The translations under genes and the position numbers were made by a program. The notes beneath the pieces are model-generated. The model was not told the DNA's origin. It searched no databases and saw nothing but the letters and a program-made list of their open reading frames with translations. A stretch of DNA of 64,000 nucleotides from Mobula hypostoma. Lineage: Eukaryota. This document shows positions 1 to 13,450 of this stretch, in pieces (the first letter of the stretch is position 1; each line of letters opens with the position of its first letter). Where the stretch lies: NCBI RefSeq assembly GCF_963921235.1, contig NC_086124.1:24242001-24306000 (forward strand), given 5' to 3'.

Positions 1-3000
1 TCATTCACAAAGATCCCATGGATATTTTTAGCCTCACGAAGAGGAATAGCAAGGGGTTTTAATATTAAATTAAACAACAAAGGACTTAATGGACAGCCTT
101 GCCTTGTCCCCCTTAGAAGCTGAAAAAAAGGAGACCTACGATTGTTAGTGACAACAGTACCAATAAGGGCTTTATATATCATTTTAATCCAATTATTAAA
201 ATTAACACCAAAGCCAAATTTCTCTAAAACATTAAATAAATATTTCCATTCGACTCGGTGGAACGCTTTTTCAGCATCCAAAGATACAACACATTGTGGA
301 GTTTTAGAAGAGGATGAATATATAATGTTAAATAGTCTCCGAACATTTGAAAAAGAATAGCGACCCTTTATAAAACCTGTTTGATCCTTTACAAATAATT
401 TTACCCAAAATATTCTCCAATCAATTGGTCATTATCTTTGACAAAATCTTAGCATCAACATTTAGTAATGGAATAGGTCTATATGAAGCACAGTCAGTAG
501 GATCTTTATCTTTTGTAAGAATTAAAGAAATAGAAGCCTCATAAAAAGTAGAGGGCAAGTCACCTTTCACAAAAGAATCCTTAAACATTTCCAACGTATA
601 CGGAGAGAGCAACTTTCCAAATTTTTTGTAAAATTCTACAGGATAGCCATCAAGTCCTGGGGACTTACCAGATTGCATTGAAAAATTAGCTTTATGAATT
701 TCGGCTTCAGTAATTTGAGCATCGAGAGTTTTTTGATCCTCAGCCGAGATTTTAGGAAAAACAATCTTTCGTAAAAAAGCTTTCATTTTACAGGAATCTA
801 ACGAATATTGAGATTTATATAGCTCAGCATAAAAATCTTGAAAAATCTTATTAATTTCTTCATATTCCTGAGCTAAGGTACCATCTTTCCTATGAATTTT
901 CATGATTTTCCTTTTGGCTGCAGCCATGTTTAATTGAGATGCAAGCAGTTTATTATTTTTATCTCCAGACATATAAAATTGGCTTTTTAACTTAAGTAAA
1001 TAACCTTCAATGGGATGAGTTAATAACAGGTTATATTGTGATTGAAGTTCCACCCTTTGTTTAAATAAATCAGTATTGGGGGAAATTGCATAAATATTAT
1101 CTAAATCTTTAATTTGTTTTGAAAATCTATCTAATTCTGCTTTAGTTTGTTTTTTAAGTTTAGCTGAATAAGAAATAATCTGACCACATAAAAATGCTTT
1201 AAATGTATCCCATATAACTAATTTAGACATACCCCCTGTATCATTAAAAAGAAAAAATTCTTTTATCTGGGTTTCAATGAAACTGACAAAGTCAGAGTTT
1301 TGCAATAATGTCTGAGACATGCGCCAAGGTGTGCGGGCAAGAATGACATCATCAAATTCAAAAGACAAACTCAGAGGTGCATGATCAGATATAGCAATAG
1401 CGTCATATTCGCAAGTTTTAACACTAGGCAAGAAGTGTTCTATTGCCTAGAACAGGGGTCCCCAACCTTTTTTGCACTGCGGACCGGTTTAATAATGACA
1501 ATATTCTTGCGGACCGGCCGACCGGTGGTAGGGTTGCCAACGAACAACAGTAGCAGTCAAATGCGTTGTTTACCCAAAAGACTACAATGACCATGAAGCC
1601 TTGCGCGGGCACCAATGTGCATGCGCGTCGTGACCTGCCAATTCCTCCCCCCTTCCCGCACCCCCCCCCCACCGCAAGCAAATCCTTTTTGGCGATTCTG
1701 TTCGTGGGAGTGGGTGTTAATCACTACCGGAATATAGGTGATAAGTGGGTAATACACTCAATTTTGTTTCTAAAAGGGTTTATCTAATGAATTTAATATT
1801 AAACACAGCGCATATTTTCCTCACATGGATATAATGATAAGTCAATTATCAGGGGAGCTTGAAGTGTTGAACGAACTTCCAGTAGAAGTGGCAGAAGCAG
1901 GTTCGATATGATCATTTAAAGAAAAATTGGATAGGTATATGGACAGGAAAGGAATGGAGGGTTATGGGCTGAGCGCAGGTCGGCGGGACTAGGTGAAAGT
2001 AGCGTTCGGCACGGACTAGAAGGGCCGAGATGGCCTGTTTCCATGCTGTAATTGTTATATGGTTATATAGGTCACTTATAAGTCAATAGTATCATGACAT
2101 TTTAAGTAATATTTGGATATTAAACGCACAGCACATATTTTCCCCGTATGAATATATAAAATCATTGCAACACACCAATATCGCTGAATCAGTGGGAGCC
2201 CTGGGCTTGTTTCCCTGCAACAAGACGGTCCCGTCGAGGGGTGATGGGAGACAGCGATATTCGAAGGGGGTTCCTGATGTCCAGTCTATTCTGCAGTTTA
2301 GTTTTCGTTGCATTCATTGCAGAAAACTCCGCTTCGCAGAAAAATGTTGGAAATGAAAGCAATGTTTTCAGTGCTTTCGTGGCTATTTCAGGATATTTAG
2401 CCTTGACTTTGATCCAAAATGCCGACAGAGATGTTATGTCAAACATACTTTTCAGCCCGTCCTCATTTGCAAGCTCGAGGAGTTGATCGCCTTCCCGCCC
2501 TGACACGGCTGATGCGCGGGTCATGACCTTGCATGCGTAATGGCTGATCAGTGGCTGTGACAGGGAATGAGGAAAGGTGCAGCTGACCAAATCACATCGT
2601 TTCCTCGTGGCCCGGTAGTGCATGCTCTGCGGCCTGGTACCAGTCCGCGGCCCGGTGGTTGGGGACCGCTGGCCTAGAACACTAGGCAATAATTGATCCT
2701 CGAGTATTTTTTATAAACATGTGAGAAGAAAAAATATTCTCTATTATCGGGATAAAGATACCTCCACAAATCAATCAACCCAAAATCAATCAAAAAGGAA
2801 TTAATAAATGAAGCGGATCAATTTGGAAGTCGCTGATTGGTTGAGCTTTTATCAATCATAGGATTTAAACAGCAATGAAAATCCCCACCCATTATGAGCA
2901 TATATTCATTGAAGTCAGGCAGTAAAGCAAATAACTTTTTAAAAAAAGAGGGGTCATCTAAGTTAGGACCATACAAGTTAACCAAAACAACTTTTCTGTT

Positions 3001-5200
3001 ACAGATTGTTCCTTTAACAATTAAAAATCTACCATCAGAATCTGATTCAATATCCTCTTGAATAAATATATTAGGTTTAATGAAAATAGACACACCTTTT
3101 GTTTTACTCTGAGAAGTAGAATGGAATTGCAAACCATTCCACCATCTAAAAAAATCTATTTTGATCTCCCACCCTGATATGTGTCTCTTGAGCAAAAATT
3201 ATATCAGGTTGGAATCAGTTAATGATTTTTAAAGTCTTCTTTCGTTTAATAGGATGATTCCAACCACGTACATTCCAACTTATTATATTAATTCGTATGA
3301 ACACCATACTATAATTTTATTCTACTTTATACATGCACAGAGCATATACCAATACGGGATGATCAAAGATGGTGGTGATGAAGAATACAACCAAATAAAA
3401 AACACGCACGCTCCGGAACCACCCAATGGGAAAAAATTCCTAACTCTAAACCCACCCACCCACACACGGAAACCCAAAAGAGGCAAGCGATCTACGATAG
3501 AATTCAAAGCTGCTGACCGCTCTGTCTGTGTTTTCTTTCCCTCCCCCCAGTTAGTAAAAAAGTAGAGTGACCTTGTGAAAAAGACAATAAAGTCTCAGCA
3601 AAAAAAGGTATTTACATTCCATCGACTAATAACCAAAATAATGTTATCTCTTAGAGAGAAAAACCAGCGCTATGTTTGTTTTATATTAATTCCCTAAAAA
3701 AGCTTTAAATTCAATTATAAAATGTTATAATAAAACAGAAAAAATATATGAAAAGCCCTATTAGTAGGAAAAAACTACCAATTAGCTGATATAAAAAAAA
3801 GTATTAAATTAAAGCAACAAATCGCCTTATCTTCTTCCTTCAGTCGTAGAATGTCCAGAGATCATTTAAACAGAGATACTTAAACCATAAATCTTATCAA
3901 AGGAAAACCAACAATATGCAATAAAGAACAACTCTCCGTCATCTTTAGTTAGTCTCTCGATGAAATATACAAGTGATCTTCATAAATCTTCTTTCCAAAA
4001 TGCGAATAATATACAAATAGCCAAACAGCCTTTCAGATGGATCATTCAACAGCGGCGTCAGTAATGGCAGCAGGTAAAGCCTGAACAAAGTCCAGTGCAG
4101 CTTTTGGATCAAAAAAAGTACGAGGAGAAGAATTAGCAGGGAGAATTTTAATTCTTGTCGGGTGCCTCAGAGACGGAAAAAGTTTTTTTATCGTATGCTT
4201 GTTTCATTACCAGGGCAAATTTTAATCTTTCTTCCATTATCTCTCTTGGATAATCTTCATAGAAGCGGAGCTCAGATTCCATAAATCTAAAAACTCTCTG
4301 TTTTCTTGCCTGTCGCAGCATTTGATCTTTAATTTTAAAGTGATGAAAGCAAACCAGAACAGATCTTGGTTTACCAGAATACTTCAATTTCGAGATAAAT
4401 GCCCTGTGTGCCCTTTCTATAGCAGGCAGCTTTGATAGAATGGTAGGAAATAAAGTGTGGAAAAGCTTACCAAAGTAAGCCGTTAGATCTCCATCTTCAG
4501 CTCCTTCCTGCAGACCAACAATTCTTATATTCCTTCGTCGAGACCTAGTTTCCAGGTCTATAATCTTATTTTGATATCTTTCCAAACGAGTTGTAGCTTC
4601 AAACAACTTTTGCTTAGTTATCTTCAATTCCTCTTCGTGTAAAGTAACTTGAGTTTCCAGGTATTTAAGTTTTCCCAGAAATTGCTTCATTTCATTACTA
4701 TTCTTTTCCAGTTGGTCGTTAATTGATCCATTCTGATCCTTAGTTGAATTCAGTGTCCGAACAATATCTTCAGCCCACGATGGCATTTCATCAGATCTTT
4801 CCTTTTGCACCTTTCCTTTCCCATTACCTTTATCACTAGCTTCAGGTAAATTCCTCCCACTTCTTGTAGACATAGACATATTGATCCCCCTCAAGAATCA
4901 ACAAGTAAAAATTTTAAATTCAAAGCTTAAACTTTAGGAGAGAAAGAAAACTAAGAGGAGCACAGAAATACTGCTCCTCCATTTGCAGACAGGGACGGTC
5001 CTCCCTTTCTGCTTTTCTTTTGCACTGTGATGGGTCACTAAATGTAAAAACAAAGCTTAGTTTTTCGAAAAAGTACAAACTGCATTGTTCACAAAGGACG
5101 AACAAAGCATATCTCCGCAGCACACGAGTGTCAATTGTAAACTGACTGGCAAAAACCTGCGACACACCGCTGGTGCAGACGCCTGGCGCCTCAGGATCAA
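1..5200 (-). mobile_element. Decayed L1-clade LINE (ORF1, endonuclease, RT); runs off the left edge; interrupted by a hAT element
   Basis: Minus-strand ORF1-like 4148-4894 (RSRRRNIRIVGLQEGAE). APE endonuclease motifs 2818-3195 (NLYGPN, GGDF). 421-1431 has GKSPGLDG and SYRPIPLLNVDAK. 1-420 reads SLDAEKAF and [14 protein letters not shown]. 5' boundary approximate. Confidence 0.92.
1453..2671 (-). mobile_element. Non-autonomous hAT (Charlie-like) DNA transposon
   Basis: TIRs CAGGGGTCCCCAACC / CAGCGGTCCCCAACC. Perfect 8-bp TSD GCCTAGAA (1445-1452, 2672-2679). Transposase C-terminal remnant FWIKVKAKYPEIATKALK...CEAEFS. Confidence 0.95.
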
Positions 5201-5544
5201 ACAAGTATCAAACATGTATTGAACAGTTATGGAACGACTGCAGAACAAAAGTCCTTCTTTTCTAGTTTGACTCATTGAACATTTTTAAAAATGGAAAACA
5301 GATCAATGTGAAAAAAGATAACATTCACCAAAAGATGTGCACAAAATAATGAAATCGCTAAAAATAACAGCTAAGTTTAAGATTTATTCTCAGTAGAACA
5401 CATTTCTAGATCTAAGCTACTTGAATTACTGTTATAGATGCTTTTTTCTACAAATCGGTTTTTAGTTAATACTTTTTGCATGAGTAGGCTTACTTTTTTA
5501 TTATTATCACAGGGGTGCAATTTACGCCACCTTTGGCGATCACT

Positions 5545-7650
5545 GCTTTAGGCTGTTCTGCACAAGAACTCCCAAGCCCCTTTGCATCTCAGATGTTTCA
5601 GTTTTACTCTGTTTAGAAAATAGTCTGCAGAATTATTTCTACTGATGAAGTGCAAGACCATGCATTTTCCAACATTGTATTTAATTTGCCTTTTCCATGC
5701 CCATACTCCCAAACTGTCTAAGTCCTTCTGAATTAACTCTCTTTTGTGTTCTATTACCAACCTAATTTTCCCAATCTAACTGCTTATTAAAATTTCCCCT
5801 TACCATCATAACATTGCCCTTTTGGTACACCATCTCTATTTCTGTTGTATTCTGCACTCTACACTTCAGTTACTGTTCCGGGAGCTGCATCTACTGCCAC
5901 AGGGTCCATTTCCATTGCAGTTTCCTTACTGAACTGACAAGAATTCAACATCTTCCGATCCAATGTCATATCTTTCTCAGTATTTGATGCCATTCTCTAA
6001 CAGCAGAGCGATGCCATGCACCCAGCCTATGTTCATACCCTTCCGATGCAATGTACAATGGAAATTCTGCTACCAACCAAACAATCTTTCGGCAACGAAT
6101 CGGTGATGTCCACAAGATCGTATGTGACAATCTGTAAAAGCGCTGTGTTGTTGTGCTCAATAGACGTTGAGAACAGTATTGTAACCCTTTTTGATTCTGC
6201 ATCCCTCATCACTGATACTCACTCTGCTGGAAGATTTATTTTTGTTTTATCATCTGCCCAACTTTCCTACCAGACTGACTGCGTGCTGTCTTTTCTCTTT
6301 TACCAGGTTATTTTAAAAAATAGGATCCAAAATAATACACTTAGTATTCAGGGAATTTACCGGAGAGCTGCTGTGAGCTAACTGCCTATTCACTGTCTAA
6401 TTCCTTCCCTAACAGTCACTCAGTTATCAGACTCCTGCAGCTCTGATGGATGATCTCCTCACTCTCCCGTAGAAGTCGAAGGTCTTGCAGCTGCTGCTCC
6501 TGATCCATAGCACGGTCTTGCAGTATCTGCAGCTGGACGCACCCCACATACATGTATTTGCCTTTGGGGCTCCCAAAACTTCAGCATCCAACGTAAATAA
6601 CACGCAAAGTCCTTCTAAACTACACTAAGTTCCCCCCTCAAGTTACCCAGAGCCAGTGCCTCTTCTGTGCTGAAAACTCCTTTGAGTCAATGCCTGACAA
6701 TCCACTTTAACCACTGGCCTCTCCCAACAGTCAATGCTGCAACAGTGGTGGCTCCGCTTGTGGAAACATTGACATGCTGTGTAATGGATAGGAACGCGGA
6801 CTGAACATATCTGAAGCGAAACTCCAAAAAATACAGTAATTTCTTCTTTGAATGTCATTCTAGAGCCCGAAATAAACCTTTAAGGTGCTCTGCAGAAGAA
6901 CTTCCAAGTCCCTTTACATCTCAGATGTTTCGATTTCACTCTTGTTTAGAAAATAGTTTGCAGAATTATTTCTACTGATGAAGTGCAAGACCATGGGTTT
7001 TCCAACATTGTATTTAATTTGCCGCTTCTGTGCCCATTCTCCAAAACTGTCGAAGTCCTTCTGAATTCACACTCTTTTCAGTTCTATTACCAACCTAATT
7101 TTCCCAATCTGCCTGCATGTTAAAATTTCCCCTTACTGTCATAACTTTTCCCTTTTGGTAGGCCATTTCTGTTTCTGTTATATTCTGTAGCCTACATTCC
7201 AGTGACTGTTTGGGGAGCTGCAGAAACTGCCATCAGGGTCTTTTTCCATTGCAGTTTTGTTACGCAATCAACAAGAATTCAACATCTTCCAATCCTATGT
7301 CACATCTTTCTCAGTATTTGATACCATTGTCTAACAGCAGAGCGATGCAGCCAATGTCCGTCCCCTTTCAATATAATTTACAATGGAAATTCAGCTACCC
7401 AGCAAACAATCTTTCAGCAAGGAATCGGTGCTGTCCACAAGATCATACATGACAATTTGTAAAAGTGCAGTAAGATCATCTGGATTATTTCTTGTATTCT
7501 GTTGAATGAGATCTAAGGCTTTGAGTATAGTGCTTGCAACCATTTTTTATTCTGCATCCTAATGCACTGGTAATATACTCACCCTGCTGGCTGCATTTTG
7601 TCTGATCATGTCATTGCCCTTCCTAACAGTCTGACTGCCTGCTACTTTTT
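5545..7650. repeat. Old tandem duplication (~1.33 kb offset) of a CR1-fragment-containing block
   Basis: 5581-6300 aligns to about 6912-7650 (e.g. catctcagatgtttc...gaaaatag...gcagaattatttctactgatgaagtgcaagaccatg in both). Boundaries approximate. Confidence 0.8.
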
Positions 7651-8369
7651 TGTTGTTTTAACAGTCTTCGTATCCTGAGTCCCTTCAGTCAGTTCCCTAT
7701 CCCCATGCTAAATTAGTTTCGACCCTCCCCAATAGCTCTAACAAACCAGCCTGAGACAATATTTGACCATCTCGGTGTCAAGTGCAACCCCTCCCTTTTG
7801 TACAGGTCATCCCTCCCCTATTTGGATTTCCGACATCTGCAGATTTTCGTTTGTGAAACGAATGTGCTTGGCTTTGGCCGTACCTTAGGATTTACCAGCT
7901 TGATCTCAGAAAATATAAAAATTCGACAATAATAGTAAATAAGTAATAAATACTGAAAATATGGGGTGAGGAGGTGAGGAGTCCTTGAAATTGTGTCCGC
8001 AGGTCGTGGCAACAGTTCAGTGAAGAGGCAAGTGAAGTTGAATGGTTATACCCATTGTTTCAAGATTCTTATCGTTGAGGGGTAATAACTGTCCTGAACC
8101 TGGTGATGTGAGTCTTAATGCTTTTATATCTCCTTCCTGATGGCAGCAGTGAGAAGAGGGCATGACCTGGGTGATGGATTGTCTGGTGATGGATGCTGCT
8201 TTCCTGCAACAGCATGCCATGCTGTTGTGCTTAATAGAGGGCAGTGCTTTATCCTGGATGGATTTGGCCGTATACACTAGTTTTTGTGGGAATTTCCCTT
8301 TAAGGGTATTGATGCTCCTTGTCAGAACATAATGCATTCAGTCAATATACGTTCCACCACACAACTCCT

Positions 8370-9765
8370 CACATGTTGTTTTAGAAAGGTATGATTTCTG
8401 TCCCCACCCTTGGTTTGCATGAGCATTTATATGCTCTGCCAGAAATGGGTCAAACTTGGCCAGTAATTCTAACAACCCCAAGTAATTTCCCTTGTGAGGA
8501 GAGCCAACGAAATGAAAGGCCTCATTCTTCTAAAAACTTTACAACTTCGATTATTCGCTCCAGAAGAGTGCGATACTTTTGTTCAGTCTCCATTTCTTTC
8601 ACAAGGTGGGAATCGACACGCTTGGCTTCGTTTTTGTGCAACAACAGTGAAATTAAAGCTTGTCTATGTGAGGAACTTTCTTCATGTCGATGTAATAGAT
8701 TGCTGCACTTCCCTTGGCTATCCAATATTCACAATCACAATAATCTAGATTGTATGGCCATTCACCAATATCATTAGAGCTCTTGTTCTTTTCACGCTCT
8801 TTCGCATTCAGTGGATGTAGGCTCTTGCTGTATCAAGCCTTCTGCCGCACTAGTACCAGTTGTTCCTATATTTCCAGCTTCAGCCATTATAGCACCATCA
8901 CCATCTCCATGAACATCAAAATATTCTGTCAACTTACGTGTTTTTGATATCACAAGTTGGTCTTTTCTTTCTTTTTCTTCTTTCGCTTTACGTTTTGCAC
9001 TTTCAGAAGCATATCTCTGGCTCTATTGCTCATTGCTACTATCTACTGTACATGAAAACAACAACGTTGCCAGATCGTCGTTGTTGTGGCGTGGATGAAA
9101 TCACAGAGCGTTGCGTTACTGGTAGGTTCAAGACAGTTTCTTTCTTCGACGAAACAAGGTTACAGCAGGCAGAGACCCCTGGCAGAACATGTCTAACCCC
9201 CTTGTGATTGAGGCTCAGTATTTATTTGCTAAACACAAAGGACAGTTCATAGTTACAAGTATAGACAATTCTTTGAAGTTTTCACATCTTTTGATTAAAT
9301 TCATTCTACCGGCACCAGCATGCCTAAGCTGGTATTCATGGCCTTTCGGAATGCAAGTTGAAATCCATAATACATTATTTGGTATATAACATGCTAACAT
9401 AGAGGACAATTCATATTCGAAAAAGCATAGATATGGTGTCTTTGCAACTAGCTGTAAACCTAGCATTCTTGTGCCAGAGATGCATTGTTACAAATGAAAC
9501 TGGGTCACTGCTTTTAGGAAATGTATTGTTATGAACTCAATCTACAGTACTTTGTCAAAGAACAGAAGGCTGATGGCTGAAGTCATTTATTTAAGTGTAA
9601 ATGAATCTTTTACTGAAAAATCACTCTTAACAGTCGTGAGAATATGGTGAGTTTGGATGCCAATTTCACCAGACTGCAGCTTGCAAGCATTTAATGCAGG
9701 CGGGGCCCTCGAAAATGTGGGGCCCATAGCATATGCTACTTCTGCTACTAGGTTAGTCCGGCCCT
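8370..9765 (-). mobile_element. Internally deleted hAT remnant with ZMYM1/DUF4371-type transposase fragments
   Basis: Minus-strand frames give SAKRKAKEEKE...KTRKLTEYF, NDIGEWP and YRTLLERIIEVVKFLEE*GLSF. Terminal sequence matches CAGGCCCGGATTAAC in the inverted twin at 61186. Confidence 0.65.
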
Positions 9766-9769
9766 TTGT

Positions 9770-10020
9770 GCACTCTCTCGTTGGAAACTCTCCTGAACAA
9801 ATTTGATGAACTCTATCCCATCTCATCCTTCTACAGTATGGGAGTCCCAGTCAATATGTGCAAAGTTAAAACTATCTACCTTATGTTTCTTGCAATAGCC
9901 TGTGATCTCTCTGCAGATTTGTTCCTCTGCATCCCTCGGACTGTTGGGTGGTCTGTAATATAGTCCCATTATCGTGGTGATACCTTTCTTACTTCTCAGT
10001 TCCACCCATAACACCTCACT
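9770..10020 (-). mobile_element. CR1 endonuclease fragment
   Basis: WVELRSKKG...GLYYRPPNS...EEQICREI. Confidence 0.85.
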
Positions 10021-10088
10021 AGATGAGTTCTCCAGTGAATCCAATCCGAGACCCGGCGAGCTGGCACCCGCCAGAGACTGTGCGCACC

Positions 10089-10120
10089 CTCGTCATCCGA
10101 CTGCCCGCCGCTGATTGGCT
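10089..10120 (+). promoter_or_regulatory. MHC-type X2-like / Y-box module in a GC-rich promoter
   Basis: CTCGTCA (10089-10095), then 15 nt, then CTGATTGG (10111-10118). This is the same X2-to-Y spacing as HLA-DRA. It lies about 220 bp upstream of a leader ATG. No recognisable X1 box. Confidence 0.6.
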
Positions 10121-10337
10121 GCCACGGCTTCCCGTCAGGGACACCCCCCCCCACCACCCTCTCTCAGGTGCAGGACTCCGCCAGTGGCCGGGCCGCTCCC
10201 TCACTCTCTTGGCTTTGCCAGAAGCGGAGGAGTGAAGCTGGGGCTGGGACTAGGGCGGTACGGTGGGCGTGGAGAATGGCGGGGGCGTCGCTTCCTCCTG
10301 CCTCCCGCCGCTCTTTGCTTTTGGGACAGTTGCAACC

Positions 10338-10413
10338 ATGGGTTGATATCTCGCCACCTGGGCGCTCTTCCTGCTCCTCGTCGCTCGTTCGGGGACTCAC
10401 AGCTCGGCGGCCG
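10338..10413 (+). pseudogene. Signal-peptide (leader) exon, putative exon 1 of the W-category alpha gene; nonsense at codon 3
   Basis: accATGG Kozak context. Translates MG*YLATWALFLLLVARSGTHSSAA. Phase-1 donor G|GTGAGT at 10414. TGA at 10344 is CGA in the inverted twin. Link to the exon at 41163 is inferred from strand and phase only. Confidence 0.75.
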
Positions 10414-10682
10414 GTGAGTCGATTCCTGTCATGGGGATCACCGCGCTTGGTGCAGATTGTGGGATCTTGCAGAGTTCGCATTGCTGGAGTCATCAACCGG
10501 GTCGGGTGTGGGGGTGTTACGGGTTGGATCTTCCTGGCCCCGTTCTGTTTTGGATCTTGTTGTTTAAGGGTTAAACTTCCTGGTTAGACCACACTTGGCA
10601 TATTGTGTTCAGTTCTGGTCGCCTCATTACTGAGCCAAGTTTAATATCAGGATATTTAAATTGGGATGTGGAAGTTTTAGAG

Positions 10683-11438
10683 CAGCGGTCCCCAACCACC
10701 AGGCCGCGGACCGGTACCGGGCCGCAGAGCATGTGCTACCGGGCCGCGAGGAAACGATATGAGTCAGCTGCACCTTTCCTCATTCCCTGTCACGCATTGT
10801 TACTTGAACATAGGGTTGCCAACTGTCTCGTATTTGCCGGGACATCCCGTATATTGGGCTAAATTGGTCTGTCCCATACGGGACCGCCTTGTCCCGTATT
10901 TCCCCCGCTAAGGTAGAGTGTTCCTAGGAAACCTTTCATGCCGAAGTGGCGTGAAGTGAAGAAGCAATTAGTATTAATTTATATGGGAAAAATTATTGAG
11001 CGTTCCCAGACCCAAAAAAAACCTACCAAATCATACCAATTAACACATAAAACCAAAAATAACACTGTCATATAGTAAAAGCAGGAATAGTATGATAAAT
11101 ACACAGCCTATATAAAGTAGAAATAATGTATGTACAGTATAGTTGAGAAGATGAAGGCAAAGCCAATTTGTGGGAAAAAATTGGCACTTACATGCATATG
11201 CACACACGTGCCCGCACAAGGTTTCATGGTAGTCTTTCCAGGGGTAAAGTGTCCTGGGATTTGACTGCTAGTTTCGTTCCTTATTTGGGAGTGAGAAAGT
11301 TGACAACCCTAACTGTAAAAGACATGCTGAGGTGAGTTCAACCCTACTTGAACCCACCCCCCCACCGGTCAGCTGATCCACAAGAATATTGTCAACATTA
11401 AACGGTCTGCGGTGCAAAAAAAAAGTTGGGGACCCCTG
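10683..11438. mobile_element. hAT non-autonomous element with a nested MITE (TIR TAGGGTTGCCAAC, about 10811-11311)
   Basis: CAGCGGTCCCCAACC ... GTTGGGGACCCCTG. TSD TTTTAGAG/CTTTAGAG. Orthologous copy at 58255-59332. Confidence 0.88.
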
Positions 11439-13450
11439 CTTTAGAGAGTATGCTGAGGAGATTTACCAGGATTAGAGAGCATGTCTTGTGAGTTGAGCAT
11501 GCTAGGGACTTGCTCTTTGAGGCAAAGGAGCATGAGAGGTGCCTTAACAAGGATGTACAAAATAAGAGGCATTGATAGGGTGGACAGTGGAAGACTTTGT
11601 CCCAGGGTGGTAATGGCTAACATGAAGGGGCATAATTTTAAGGTGTTTAGAGGGGGAATGTCAGAGGTAGTGTATTTAGGTGTGGAACCTGACACTGCCA
11701 AGTTTATCACTAGGGACGTTTAAGAGACTCTTATGGGCACACAGGTGACAGAATAATGGAGGTTTCTGTGTGAGGGAAGGGTTAGATTGATCAAAAGGTT
11801 GGCACAACAATATGGACCGAAGAGCTGGCACTGCGATCTACTGTTCTATGCACATGGTTGCTGGGATCTTGCTGTGGGCACGCAGGGATGGGGAGGGAGG
11901 TGTTGTGTAGTGGGATCTTGCCGTGCACTTGTTGGGTGGGGGCTGTGCTATGGATTGAATGGGAATTTGATTGATTGTGCCTCGCCCGTATTGCATGGAC
12001 GCTTGCCACGTGCAGACTGGATGGGGGTTGTTTTAGTGTTATAGACTTGTACAACACACACCTGGACCCTTTTGCCCACCATGTGGTTGCTGACATTTTT
12101 GCCCATCTACGCTAATCCCGTTTCCCACCCCCCACCATTAGCACCGTATCCTGATGATACATGTACTTTGAATATACTTCTACACCTTGCCCATTTACGT
12201 GTCTGTCCAAATACCTTTTAAGTGTAGTGATTGAGCCCATTTCCACAGCCTCCGCTGGCAGCTCATTCTAGATATCAACCATTCTTTATGCAAGAAAAAA
12301 AAGTGTACCCCCTTGGATCCCCTTTAAAACTCCTTCTTTTCACTTGAAATCAGTGCCCTCTTGTTTCCATTTTGTATGGATTGGTTGGGATGTTGTTGTG
12401 TAACTGCTGAGTGGGATCTTGCCATGTACACAAGGTTGGACCTTATCACAGAGTGGGATTGTGTTTGTGCTTTGTGCATGTATATAGATGGGTGAGTTAT
12501 TTTTAGCTGAGTCATTAGACACACTACATAAAGAGTAGGGAATTTTTCTGAATGTCCTAGGGCCAATACTTATCCCACTATCAACATCCAAAACATATGA
12601 TTTTGTTCTTGATTTCCTGCCTGTTCTCTATCACTCGTGACTCCCTATAGATCTCAAACATCTATCTTCGTCTTAATTATATTCAATGGCCCGAGCTCCT
12701 TAGCTTTCTAAGCCTTGTATTTTCACTTGCCTCGTTCACGAGTTCAAGTCTTTTGCCTCGTTCAATCTGAGAGGCTGATCAGTAAACTCTCAAAATGAAA
12801 ACTAATCAGTAAACTGCAAGACCTGGACCTCAATTCCCCGTTGTGCAACACACCTACATAAAACATTGCCATAGAAAAGCAGCAGCAATTGTTAAGAGTG
12901 AGTTTTTTTTGGGTAGATGATTTGTTTACACTTAAATGACTTTGGCCACCAGACTTCTATTTTAACAGTTTGACAAAGGACTGTGGATTGAGTCCACAAC
13001 AATGGGCTTCCTAAAAGGTGTGAATACCAGATGCTTCTGGCGCCGTAGTTTGACCTAATGCTGTAGTTTCGAAGACAGTATTATCTATACATTATAAATA
13101 TTAATTGCACGGGAAATGCAAAATAAATGTATCGTAGACTTAACTTAAATTCCTAAGGTCTGTGGATACCAACCCAGACCTGTTGGCCTCGGAAGGAAAG
13201 GATGGTGTGATATTTTGTATGTAGCTTCAATAGGAAGCATTGTCTATGCACTGTCTATAACTTTTTAAGTAGCGATTGCCTTTGTGTTTAGCATATAAAT
13301 ATCGAGCCCACATTGAGCTGGCAGACCTTTCTGCGGAAAGCGTCTCCGTCCATAAGATGCCTGCTGTACCTTGTTGTGTTGAATAAAGAAGCTGCTTTGT
13401 ATCTACCAGTGACTCTGTCTCTCCGGTGATTTCATCCACGATACAACGTT

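Noticed and set aside
12700-12830. IRF/ISRE-like motifs (AAGTGAAA, AAAATGAAAACT) in both arms
   Set aside because: Short, imperfect and AT-rich, so expected by chance.
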